Origin: a virus
Lineage: Duplodnaviria > Caudoviricetes
Virus record (IMG/VR): IMGVR_UViG_3300028591_002825
Location: 321-64,320 of that record
DNA: 64,000 nucleotides
Reading direction: 5' to 3' (one strand)
Shown: piece by piece, positions 1-9,800 of the stretch
How the letters are laid out: each line of letters opens with the position of its first letter
How positions within the stretch are numbered: the stretch's first letter is position 1
Program-made: the position numbers and the translations under genes
Notes under the pieces: generated by a model
The model's database searches: none
Told to the model about the DNA's origin: nothing
The model's input: the letters and a program-made list of their open reading frames with translations, nothing else

Positions 1-567
1 CATAAAGCCGTATGAGTTAGACGCTATAAAAACCGATAAGATGTTGTTCGGCTTAATGTGCACAATGTGCCCTACTGCATTATGCGCATCGGACGATGTG
101 AAGAGGCTTGTGTTATTAGCCGCAGTTCCCGAATATGACGTAGCACTCGAAGTGCTATTTTTATATCTGGAATAGGTTGCTACTGTATCTGAAGAACTCG
201 CATTATATGTTGGCGCACGGTCGGCTCTGGCTTTTATGCCCATGTAATAAGCGCAAGCATATCTTTGTGTTTTACTGTAGAATGTTCCGGATGCACTGTT
301 GTACGGGCCTTCCGTTGGGAAAACCATGACAGCTATTGGGTATCCATTCCCTGTATATGGAATTTGTATATCCACCGCCGCATCAGTGTTTGTTCCGGTG
401 AATGTTCCAATAACGTGGTTGGATGCACCGCCTGAAATCTGTGCAATCAGCGTTGCCAAATCATCACTGGTTGTTCCAGATGGAACAGTCACACCTTTTG
501 CTCCGATGGCGGTCAAGGCATCGGTTACATTTCCGCTTATTCTCGTGATTTCGCTTTGTATACTCAT
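1..567 (-). CDS. Tail-region structural protein, runs off window edge
   Basis: Manual translation MSIQSEITRISGNVTDALTAIGAKGVTVPSG...; AGGAGG RBS near 576-581; position in tail module. Confidence 0.6.
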   Translation of the reverse strand, partial: MSIQSEITRISGNVTDALTAIGAKGVTVPSGTTSDDLATLIAQISGGASNHVIGTFTGTNTDAAVDIQIPYTGNGYPIAVMVFPTEGPYNSASGTFYSKTQRYACAYYMGIKARADRAPTYNASSSDTVATYSRYKNSTSSATSYSGTAANNTSLFTSSDAHNAVGHIVHIKPNNILSVFIASNSYGFM

Positions 568-579
568 AGGCTCGCCTCC

Positions 580-1077
580 TTAAATGGCGGCGAGTGCAGT
601 TTCGATGTCGGATGTAATGGATACTGTGCCACCGGACGTATATCCAGCAGGAATCGCATAGCTTGTCGCAGTCAGCCCGTCAAACGTTCCAGCAATCGCT
701 CCGTTGTTGGGCATTGTGCCTGTAATTTGTACAGCAGAACCGTTACTGATAGTATGTCCGATTGCTCCTGTCGCTTTAATCTTTTTCGCTTCGGAAATGA
801 CGTGTTCCTGCCATTCCTTTGCGGTGGGATTTATCCAGTATTCGCCGTCCCATCCAGAATATTTTGCAAGCCGGATATGGTGGAATCTCTCGAAGTAGGA
901 GCGCTCTTTTTCAAGTGCCCCTACATTCAAATATCCGTAGACCCACACGCCACGCTTTACAGCCGCCCTCACAAGGTTCTCTCGCCCCTCTGTATCAACC
1001 ACAGCTAAATCATTGCGCTTGCATGCAGAAAGCGTTGCAGGCACGCGAGAAGCCTCAAAACAATATCTGAGTGCCAT
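580..1077 (-). CDS. Chimeric ORF: N-terminal GH114/TIM-barrel-like hydrolase fragment fused to the C-terminus of a tail-type protein
   Basis: Start MALRYCFE after GGAGAAG RBS; GYLNVGALE..W.GE.WI resembles 39745..40740; after ATGAIG (~757) the sequence switches to TMPNNGA..YAIPAGY..IETALAAI. Confidence 0.6.
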   Translation of the reverse strand: MALRYCFEASRVPATLSACKRNDLAVVDTEGRENLVRAAVKRGVWVYGYLNVGALEKERSYFERFHHIRLAKYSGWDGEYWINPTAKEWQEHVISEAKKIKATGAIGHTISNGSAVQITGTMPNNGAIAGTFDGLTATSYAIPAGYTSGGTVSITSDIETALAAI

Positions 1078-1088
1078 TACTCTTCTCC

Positions 1089-1113
1089 AAAAATAGATTA
1101 AAGTGTGCTTTAA
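1089..1113. repeat. 25-bp direct repeat copy 1 with internal palindrome TTAAAG-TGTG-CTTTAA
   Basis: AAAAATAGATTAAAGTGTGCTTTAA, identical at 1503..1527. Confidence 0.9.
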
Positions 1114-1114
1114 G

Positions 1115-1369
1115 TTATACTTTAGGAAGTTCAATTCCGTGCAGAACTGCCTGCTTTTCAAGTTCAAAAATATACAATCCCATATGGTGTGCCTGTGTTT
1201 TCCAACTTTCAAGCGAGATTGGCGTATTAAAGCCATGTTTACCAACCTCTCTTTTAACAATCAAGTTGTGCAGTTTCTCATAGCGAATTTTTGTCTGAAG
1301 GTATTCAGCCATGAAGCGATCCTTCCAGTCAGAACTGCTCATCAGTTCGATAGTATCTTTCAGTTCCAT
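1115..1369 (-). CDS. Hypothetical protein resembling the crAss001_48-like family
   Basis: 84 aa, SSDWKDRFMAEYLQTKIRYEKLHN pattern, AAGGAG RBS. Confidence 0.65.
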   Translation of the reverse strand: MELKDTIELMSSSDWKDRFMAEYLQTKIRYEKLHNLIVKREVGKHGFNTPISLESWKTQAHHMGLYIFELEKQAVLHGIELPKV

Positions 1370-1418
1370 AATTTAATCTCCTTTCTTATCAATCGTAATA
1401 ATTATATCTATTATTCTG

Positions 1419-1490
1419 TCACCTCTTCCGGCTCCGGCACTTCGCAAGCGTCCGTGGTACATATGCGCTCTCAAAGCAGTATGTAAGCAT
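1419..1490 (-). pseudogene. Truncated stub of a second GH114-like gene
   Basis: MLTYCFESAYVPRTLAKC aligns with MALRYCFEASRVPATLSAC, then stops; preceded by the same 25-bp repeat. Confidence 0.55.
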
Positions 1491-1502
1491 TTATTCTTCT
1501 TA

Positions 1503-1527
1503 AAAAATAGATTAAAGTGTGCTTTAA
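1503..1527. repeat. 25-bp direct repeat copy 2
   Basis: Identical to 1089..1113. Confidence 0.9.
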
Positions 1528-1597
1528 TGCACATTGCTGTTCTTCAATAGTCTTGTGCAATGGAATCACCACTTTTCAAAGTGATGTAATATCACTG

Positions 1598-3025
1598 TCA
1601 TGAAAATTCTAATTCTGCACATGATGCAAATACTGTCCCATTTGGAACAGATATATTACTACCATAACATGTGTAATAATATATTTTTTTCCTGCCACTA
1701 TACACATTAAATGCAACTCTATGATCACCATATTCTGAATTAACTGAAATACGCTTACTAACTAATGTTCCACCAGTTGTAACAATTGCAGTATTTTCAT
1801 TCAATCCAATTAACACATCTGATGTCAATTTTTGTTTGTTGAGCCACGCAATATTAACATCATCTTGACAAGATATGATTCCACAACCAAACACATAATC
1901 AATCTGCAAATCCTTCAAAGTAGTTATAATTGTATTTACTGTAAGCGCATTTCTGTTTAATGCCCATACAGTATATCTTTTAAATTCATCTGTTGAGATA
2001 GTGCTTTCAACATAAATTGAAACTGTTCTAGCTGATACAGAATCACCGTCAGCAAGTTCTGTTCCGTCTGCAAAAATACGTACAGAATCAGTCAATTCAC
2101 TACCATGTTTTGCGCCTTTGATTGATTCGCCATGGACACGAACAGGCCCTAAATAGTCGTTATTAGTAGCAAAAATCACTGCATTGTTATACGTGAGATT
2201 TTGTAATTCAAAGACACCATGACCATTGTTAAAATCTAAATCTGAAAAAGAACAATCAATACCATTTCCTGTGATTGTTAATACACCATTTGCATATGAT
2301 AGTTGATAGTTGCCAATGTTCAGCGAATCCGCAACCTGACTAATGTGTGTTTCTGCAAGCTTTACAGATGGATTTAGTTTATAAGCATTAAGTTCATTAA
2401 AAACAAACGACCATGTTGTGTTTTTAGTTGCGGATATGATGACAAGCGTACCAGTGCCGATTGTCAATGGTGTGCTTTCAGTGGGAAGATTGGAATCAGA
2501 TGATCTATATCTAACATAGTTTGAGTCGTTGAAATTACCACTGGGATAAACGCACAATTGAAGATAAGAAGCATTGCCAAGTGTGTTAAGATACATATGA
2601 CCAGTTGATTCTGCTGTGAAATACCACGAATCATATTGATTGCTTTCTACCCACCTACTTGATGAAGCATAATGTGATGCCATGTAAGATGACCAATCAT
2701 CATCTTTATCAATATTATGCGAAATAGGAACACCAGTAAGCACTGTGTTTTTAATACCACTGATTTGCCCACGAACAGCAGCACCTGCACTGTTATATGT
2801 AGTGCCATCTGCACCAACACGCACATCTGCCAGTTCTGCGTTTGTATCACTTAAATCGCTCTTTAAGTCATTAATATCACCGCTTATCTCATTAATCGAC
2901 TCATACACTCCCCCACTACTTACCGCATTTGTACTGCCCTGTGTGGGGACTGAGTCTACTTGTGGGACTATATATGTGTCTGATAATTCAGGAAATTTTA
3001 TTGATTTCAGTGGTTTATTGGCCAT
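1598..3025 (-). CDS. Putative tail fibre / receptor-binding protein
   Basis: 475 aa; N-terminal ADVRVGADGTTYNSAGAAVRGQI coiled-coil motif common in Firmicutes phage tail proteins; beta-rich C-terminus; distal tail position. Confidence 0.6.
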   Translation of the reverse strand: MANKPLKSIKFPELSDTYIVPQVDSVPTQGSTNAVSSGGVYESINEISGDINDLKSDLSDTNAELADVRVGADGTTYNSAGAAVRGQISGIKNTVLTGVPISHNIDKDDDWSSYMASHYASSSRWVESNQYDSWYFTAESTGHMYLNTLGNASYLQLCVYPSGNFNDSNYVRYRSSDSNLPTESTPLTIGTGTLVIISATKNTTWSFVFNELNAYKLNPSVKLAETHISQVADSLNIGNYQLSYANGVLTITGNGIDCSFSDLDFNNGHGVFELQNLTYNNAVIFATNNDYLGPVRVHGESIKGAKHGSELTDSVRIFADGTELADGDSVSARTVSIYVESTISTDEFKRYTVWALNRNALTVNTIITTLKDLQIDYVFGCGIISCQDDVNIAWLNKQKLTSDVLIGLNENTAIVTTGGTLVSKRISVNSEYGDHRVAFNVYSGRKKIYYYTCYGSNISVPNGTVFASCAELEFS

Positions 3026-3149
3026 TATCTACCTCCTCTATTATCACATTACCATCTCCATCATCGGAAAAAATATAATCATCTGATTCAAGATTTACAG
3101 TCTTTTCTCCTGCTTTTTTACCGAGAATATAAGAAACAATATCAAACAT
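3015..3149 (-). CDS. Small tail-region protein (44 aa)
   Basis: Manual translation MFDIVSYILGKKAGEKTVNLESDDYIFSDDGDGNVIIEEVDNGQ; overlaps both neighbours in coupled fashion. Confidence 0.5.
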   Translation of the reverse strand: MFDIVSYILGKKAGEKTVNLESDDYIFSDDGDGNVIIEEVDNGQ

Positions 3150-3343
3150 TACCATTCTCTCCATTGTTTATTCTGTGCATCATACATATATACTTTAGAA
3201 GTATCTATTTCTAATAGTATTGAGCCGCCATCCCAATTAGTTGGTTTAGTGTCAGTAGATAAACAAGTACCTTGTGTATATCCATTATATCTCTGTTCTT
3301 TACTATTGTAAGTAGTTTGTTTATAAGAAGTTATATTTACCAT
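3149..3343 (-). CDS. Small tail-associated protein
   Basis: 64 aa CLSTDTKPT..GS.LLEIDTSKVYMYD..NKQW pattern; GGAG RBS. Confidence 0.65.
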   Translation of the reverse strand: MVNITSYKQTTYNSKEQRYNGYTQGTCLSTDTKPTNWDGGSILLEIDTSKVYMYDAQNKQWREW

Positions 3344-3353
3344 AATATGCTCC

Positions 3354-3557
3354 TTATCCTAATGTAATAACTATATTACCATCATTATTAGAATCTGTGA
3401 ATTGTGGTGTTATTGCCCCTATTGCATTTCCAGTAGCTTTAGCATCAGCAGGCTGCCCTTCTTGTGAAAGTGTTTCATCTGGTACAGGCTTATTATCAAG
3501 ATTTGGATAATTATATTGTTCTGTGACTGAGCCTATCTTAAATCCTATTACACTCAT
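3354..3557 (-). CDS. Small tail-associated protein
   Basis: 67 aa, DETLSQEGQPADAKATG motif, AAGGAG RBS. Confidence 0.6.
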   Translation of the reverse strand: MSVIGFKIGSVTEQYNYPNLDNKPVPDETLSQEGQPADAKATGNAIGAITPQFTDSNNDGNIVITLG

Positions 3558-3566
3558 GTTGTCTCC

Positions 3567-6425
3567 TTACATTATTCCGTAGACCTGTTGTACGTAGATA
3601 TTACCTGCAATACTGGCTGTGCCATTTACCCACCGTACACCAATCTGGTTACTGCTCCAGTTCACAAGGTATCCACCTCTTACATACGTGCTCCCGGACA
3701 TGTCTGAGAGATACATAGGATTGTCTCCGAACAGCCTGCAGAACACGAGAAGCTGTCTTGTATTGTGGCACTCGCACCGCATGAGTACTACGTTCCAATC
3801 ATTCAGCGCTACACCTGCATAGGCGTATTCGTTCTGTGTGGATGGTGCTGACAGTTTAGTGTTGTACAATGTATGCGGAACAAGATAAAAAAGAACATGG
3901 GCTATAAGTCGTTTCAAGTCGAGCATCCCGTTTTGGATCATATATGAATCCAGGTCCTGTGCTCTCAACAGAGAGTAAATAGACGCATCGGTTCCACTCG
4001 TAGCATCAGCATCAAACCCAAGTCTCGCACTTCCGTCCCATGTCACGGCGAAAGCGTTGGAGTCTCCATCTTCACTACCGTTGCCGACCATCATGGCATA
4101 ATCACTGTTGTCCTCGTTATATCTCCCGCAAGCAAACTGGTCTCTTGTTTCTGCTGATAGAGATTCTCCGCAAGCTGTGGAAAAAGCACCAGATGTCTCG
4201 TTGTTCCGTGTACCAAACGTATAGGCAGGACCCGGCGTGTATGTTGTTACGAAGGGTTTGGTAATTTCAGCAATATATCGCTCATTATATTCAGCAGTAG
4301 CTGTCCCGAGTGATGAACTAAAAAAGATTTTGCCATCAACATGCTCCAAAGTGTGCTGTGTTCCAACACGACTTGTAATCGTTTGACTGCTGTCAGTTCC
4401 CCATGTTATGGGCTCGAAGATGAGACTTTGTATGCTCAAAAATTTAGTCTCGTCATACGATAGTGCTTGTGAGAGATAGCCGTATGTTCCACCCGAACGG
4501 TCAAATGTTATAACCGTACCCTTGGGGAAAGTTATTGGCTGAAGCGATTCGAACAAATCTTTTCGAACCTCTGACTGCTCATTCCACACTTCCAGTGTTA
4601 TCCGCATATCCATACGGCGAGTGGTGGTTATGATACCACCATCCATATCGACAGAGAAAACATTGACACCTTCTTCGTTGACGCCTTGTATTCCTGTGGT
4701 ATCAATCCCGAGGTGATTGCTCTCATCGGCTCCAATCTGCGAATCCTCCCCGAAGCGTGCAACGGATTTTTCCCCAGTTTCGTCATATACTGTAAGACCA
4801 GATGAAGAAAGAAGTGTCCGTAAAACTCCTGCTACATATAATCTAACATCACTTGCAGTAAAATTTGACAGCAGTGTGTTTGCCGCAGAGTATAGCGATA
4901 TGCCATCTGGGTCAATTAAAATGTGTTTTGCATTGCCCAACCCAAGTCTTATACTATTTGCACTAAAAGTAGCAAGCTCTGTTAAGCCATTTCTTATTGC
5001 AAATCCTATTGACCTGAATAATGCATTATATCCAGCATGATAATTTTCAGAAGTCGGGTCAATAAACTCTTCTTGCGGAACTTCTGTTATATGAGCACCA
5101 GTATCTGTACCCTCTTCTGTAAACCAGAAGTATTGATTAGTATTACCAGCTATTGTCTCTGTCTCTACTAATCTTTCACGTAATGACCGTAAATGTGATT
5201 TTAGCTGTGCAGATGTACGTGTATCAGCATTATATAATGTAGCCGATTTTCTACTCGGTGTGTCAGCGCCGCAAACGATTGTCTGATTTGCAGTAGGAGA
5301 GAATGTAACTCTTGTGAGCAGTATACGATGCTCATTACCTTTTGTATCTATTAGATATGCAGTATCACCTGCTTCTAAGAGCGGGTTACTCACACAAGTA
5401 ATACTACATTTTCTAAATGATAAATCTAATACTTTGTCAGCGATTTGCTCTATGACAGTTTCAATGTTATCTGCTGTTATAAACGGATTATCAGATATAG
5501 TTATTCTGTAATCATCAGTACCTATACTTGATGTTATATCAGCTTCATCTTCTATATTTGCAACTGTTATAGTTATACCAGTTATAGTTATATCTGATAC
5601 AGCTATATCTTGTGAGAATAAAGAGCTGACTTCTGGCAGACTTGTATTTTTACCGGGTATATAAGAAATGGTATCTACAACTGTGCCGTCACTTAAAACA
5701 AGAGAAGCATGTTCATGCTCTACATTATTCTCATCAATGACAGTGATATTATCTGTAGGTATTGGTCTACCAGATAAATCAAACCATTTAAACTCTAATT
5801 GACCAAAAGAGTTGAATCTTGCAAATGTACCATTAATTGTAGCTACCCAACCTATAACATCACGGAATGTACATGAATTACCGTCTGGTTTAGTAGCTAC
5901 TGAGAATGTATCATATACAAAATCAGATTCGGCAAAATTGAATGTTACACCACAAACGGTGCAAGCGTCAGAAACAATTTGGGAAAGTGTAGCAGGATAA
6001 GCAAGTTGACTTTCACTATACGGTCTATCAAATTTACTCATATTATCCAACATAGATAATACAATAGAGTTTGTTGTATAATTAGCTTCTTCAACAGTAT
6101 ATACACCTAATTGAATAGGTTCTGTTGTGCCGTCAATTTCAAGACCAGTAGAAACTACAACATGAGCATCATCAAAATCATATGCTGAATACGACTCATC
6201 ACCATTATATAAAATGATTGTACACTTATTTATAATAGTAGAGCCGAGTGCATCAAATGTATTATCACTGCCGACAGAATCTTCTACTTCAAAGCCATCA
6301 AATAAAATATTTGCGTTAACTATTGTCAGTTCTTCTTGTGAAGCTAATGTGATTACAGCGGTATTTATGAAATTTCTGGAGCTACTTTTAACTTTTTCTT
6401 TAAAAGCAGATGAAGCTGTTCGCAT
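3567..6425 (-). CDS. Large tail protein (baseplate hub / tail spike-like)
   Basis: 952 aa, two genes after tape measure; DNMSKFDRPY..YPATL..C..CGV motifs typical of siphophage tail proteins. Confidence 0.75.
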   Translation of the reverse strand: MRTASSAFKEKVKSSSRNFINTAVITLASQEELTIVNANILFDGFEVEDSVGSDNTFDALGSTIINKCTIILYNGDESYSAYDFDDAHVVVSTGLEIDGTTEPIQLGVYTVEEANYTTNSIVLSMLDNMSKFDRPYSESQLAYPATLSQIVSDACTVCGVTFNFAESDFVYDTFSVATKPDGNSCTFRDVIGWVATINGTFARFNSFGQLEFKWFDLSGRPIPTDNITVIDENNVEHEHASLVLSDGTVVDTISYIPGKNTSLPEVSSLFSQDIAVSDITITGITITVANIEDEADITSSIGTDDYRITISDNPFITADNIETVIEQIADKVLDLSFRKCSITCVSNPLLEAGDTAYLIDTKGNEHRILLTRVTFSPTANQTIVCGADTPSRKSATLYNADTRTSAQLKSHLRSLRERLVETETIAGNTNQYFWFTEEGTDTGAHITEVPQEEFIDPTSENYHAGYNALFRSIGFAIRNGLTELATFSANSIRLGLGNAKHILIDPDGISLYSAANTLLSNFTASDVRLYVAGVLRTLLSSSGLTVYDETGEKSVARFGEDSQIGADESNHLGIDTTGIQGVNEEGVNVFSVDMDGGIITTTRRMDMRITLEVWNEQSEVRKDLFESLQPITFPKGTVITFDRSGGTYGYLSQALSYDETKFLSIQSLIFEPITWGTDSSQTITSRVGTQHTLEHVDGKIFFSSSLGTATAEYNERYIAEITKPFVTTYTPGPAYTFGTRNNETSGAFSTACGESLSAETRDQFACGRYNEDNSDYAMMVGNGSEDGDSNAFAVTWDGSARLGFDADATSGTDASIYSLLRAQDLDSYMIQNGMLDLKRLIAHVLFYLVPHTLYNTKLSAPSTQNEYAYAGVALNDWNVVLMRCECHNTRQLLVFCRLFGDNPMYLSDMSGSTYVRGGYLVNWSSNQIGVRWVNGTASIAGNIYVQQVYGIM

Positions 6426-6434
6426 AGTTTCTCC

Positions 6435-6800
6435 TTAGATTCTGATAAATGTCAGTTTTATATCTTTCCAAATACCGACATCATCCTTAATCACACCAAC
6501 TGGTGTACTTCTTTTGCCGACATAGAATTTATTTGTTAACATTTGATTAGGAACTCTGGGGTCAGCATATGTAAAGCTGACCTCAGTTTTCCCATCAACT
6601 GCATTTAATATTTTTGCCGCATCTTCCCAGGACAATCTTTTCCAAGTACAAGCATATGTATCTTTGACAGCAACAACATCTTTATGCATTTCGCCATCAA
6701 GAGTTCTTCCTGTTCGTTCAGATGATAAATCTTCAATATCAGCTTGATATTCAGTGGGTGCAGGAATTTCAACACCATCTATTTTAAATACATACGCCAT
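6435..6800 (-). CDS. Distal tail-region protein (DUF6711-like)
   Basis: 121 aa; TGRTLDG.M and FYVG motifs; directly after tape measure. Confidence 0.7.
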   Translation of the reverse strand: MAYVFKIDGVEIPAPTEYQADIEDLSSERTGRTLDGEMHKDVVAVKDTYACTWKRLSWEDAAKILNAVDGKTEVSFTYADPRVPNQMLTNKFYVGKRSTPVGVIKDDVGIWKDIKLTFIRI

Positions 6801-6803
6801 ATC

Positions 6804-9800
6804 TTATACTGTCCCGTAACGTCTGTTTAATTTAAGATTACCTGCGTTTGCGTGTCTCGCTACTTGTTCATCTCCAAGATAGAAGTCAATATTCATGTAG
6901 CGCCTAAACGCATCAGTTAAAATTTCTTGTATTTCAGACCTTGTAACTACATTGTTTTGATTCTGAATAATAGTGTTTAACGCCCTCATTAACTCAGCAT
7001 TATCACCACTCATTTTCGTAGGAACAACTTTACCGTTTACAATGTCTGTCAGTCCAACATTTAACCTGTTTACTAAATTAGTTATATCATATATTTGCGA
7101 AGTTGTAAAGTTAACGGCGGATAACAGAGAGCCTATATTGGCTATAACAGTGTTGGTACAAATAGTCATATGTCCGGTAATAGTTTTCATAAGACTTGCT
7201 GTGCCGTTTAATACAGCAGTGTACATTACTGCGGCCATTTGTGACTGATTTAATACTTCTGTGCGACCATTAATGTGACCAACTGCTTCTGCACCAGCTT
7301 CACCAGCAACGAACATTGTTCCACGATTTGGCACACCGCCACTTGCATATTGAGCGATACTTCTCCACCCACCATTAGCGAATACGCCACCTCGTGCTTT
7401 ATGAAGGAGGTTCCATAGCCAACTTGCGCCTTTCTTTATTAAACTTACACCAACAGATACTTTTGTGCCTATCCAACTACTAATACTTTTCCATCCATCT
7501 TTCCACAGCTTAACGCCGACAGATACTTTTGTGCCTATCCAACTACTAATACTTTTCCATCCATCTTTCCACAATTTGATTCCAACAGATACAGCAGTTC
7601 CTACAAATTTCGACAATTTAGACCATCCATCTTTCCACAATTTGATTCCAACAGATACAGCAGTACCAACCCATTTTGAAATGCTTGACCACCCATTGTG
7701 CCAAAGGCTTATTCCAACAGATACAGCGTTTCCGATCCACTCTGAAATTTTAGTCCACCCGTTTTTCCACAGACTAATGGCAACAGAAACTGCGGTGCCT
7801 ACAAAATTCGCTATTGTTGTCCACCCATGCTTTTTAAGGGTTATCGTTGTTGTAATGTTTTGCTCACTGTTCTCAGGCATATCGTTTGCTTCATTTCCAG
7901 ATGCTTCTTCATAGACAGTTTGAATTGTTTTTACAATGGTCTCTGTCCCACTCTTTAAAATATTCCACGCATCGTCAACCCAGGTATTAGCTTTTTCAAT
8001 CGCTACTTGTACTGTCTTTTTGACTGTCTCAGCGCCGGCTTTAAACAACGTCCACGCATCTTCTGACCAATCACCAATTTTTGTAAGCACTAACTCTACT
8101 GTCTTTTTTACGGTTTCTGTGCCAGAGTTGAATACAGACCAAGCATCTCCAGTCCAGTCTCCAACTTTTTTAAATGTTGTTTCTACTGTCTTTTTTACGG
8201 TCTCTGCTCCACTTTTCAGTATATTCCAAGCGTCACTGCTCCAATCTCCAATTTTTTTGAAAGCCGCCTCTACAGTCTTTTTTACAGATTCTTTTCCAGA
8301 TTTAAATGCAGACCATGCTTCGTCTTTCCAATTACCGAGTTTTTCAAATATTGTTTGAACTGTTTTTACAATAGTCTCTGCGCCAGATTTAACAAATTCC
8401 CATGCTTCACCGGCTTTGTTGATAATCTTTTTAATAGTTACTTTAACAGTTTTTACTACAGTTTCTTTTCCACCCTTTAAAAAGTCTAATATATCTCCAA
8501 CTGTTTTGTCTGCATTATCAAACGCATCCATTATCGGGTCAAGAATCCGTTCCTTAACCCATTTAGCGATATTAATAAATGGCTCTGCAATGCCATTAAG
8601 AATGCCTAATCCGATATTTTTTGCGGCATCTATAAGCTCAGGAGCAGATGCAGGAGAATGAATACCAAATGCTTCTTTAAATCCATCAATAAATGGTTTG
8701 AAAATATTATCTATTATCCAACGAGCAATATTTTCAACAGCCTCTCCTATACCACCGATTATACCATAAAGAATACTACCGCCATATTGATTTTTCTTAT
8801 CAGCAAAATAATCAGAAATAGCTTGAGGTAATCCGCCGAATAACCCAGCAACAAGACCTGCTAATGCACCAGCTACTTCACCTGCAATTTTACTAACATC
8901 GCCAAATAATTCACCCCAAGGAACTGATTTTAAAAATCCTTGTAAATCAGCGCCAACATCTTGCCATTTAACCGTACCGATTGCAGTAGATAATGCTGTA
9001 GCAAGTTTATCTACAATAGCACCAAATGTTACGCCAGCAGATTCAAAATTAAACGTATTAAAGAAATTATTTATACTTGTTCCAATAGCTTTGCCGATTT
9101 TTACTGCATCAAGTTTAATTGCAAATGCTTTTTCACTACTTATAACCGCATTAAGTGCTCTTGCTATCGTGGTAGCTATTGAACTAAATGCATCTTCAGT
9201 AAATAAATTATTTATAAAATTTGCGAGACCAGTTGCTACAGACACTACAGAACCGTGAATAGTAGTCCAATCTAAACCATTAAGTGTGTTTACAACTGTA
9301 TCTTTTATAGTCGTGCCGAGATTGCTGAAATCAAATTTATTAGCAAATGATTCAAAGGCACTAAATATATTATTGATACCTTCTGATAACGTATTAGATA
9401 TGAGATTCCAGTCTATAGTTTTTATTGCGCTATTAAATAAATCAGCAAAGAAATTACCAACAAGTTTCGGGTCTATGTTAGTTATAAACTGATTTGCAAA
9501 GGTAAATACAGTATTTATTGCTTCTGCAATAGTTCTTCCTATTGCTTGCGCAAGATGACTATTACCATCTTCATCAACAGACATAAGGCCGTTAATGAAA
9601 GTAGCAAATGATTTACCAAACTTGCCAGCATATCCCTTTATTGTGTCCCAAGGAATACTATCTAATGCAGTTGCAAGTTTTTCACCAAGTATTTGACCGA
9701 GTTCTGTAAAATCAGCATTAGCCCACGCTTCTTTTATCTTTTCAGCCCAATCTTCAAAAGCAGATGGCATAGCGACAGTTTCAAACATATTGCTCGGACT

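Noticed and set aside
1598-6425. Diversity-generating retroelement or invertible tail cassette
   Set aside because: No reverse transcriptase, TR/VR pair, invertase or inverted repeats seen in the window.
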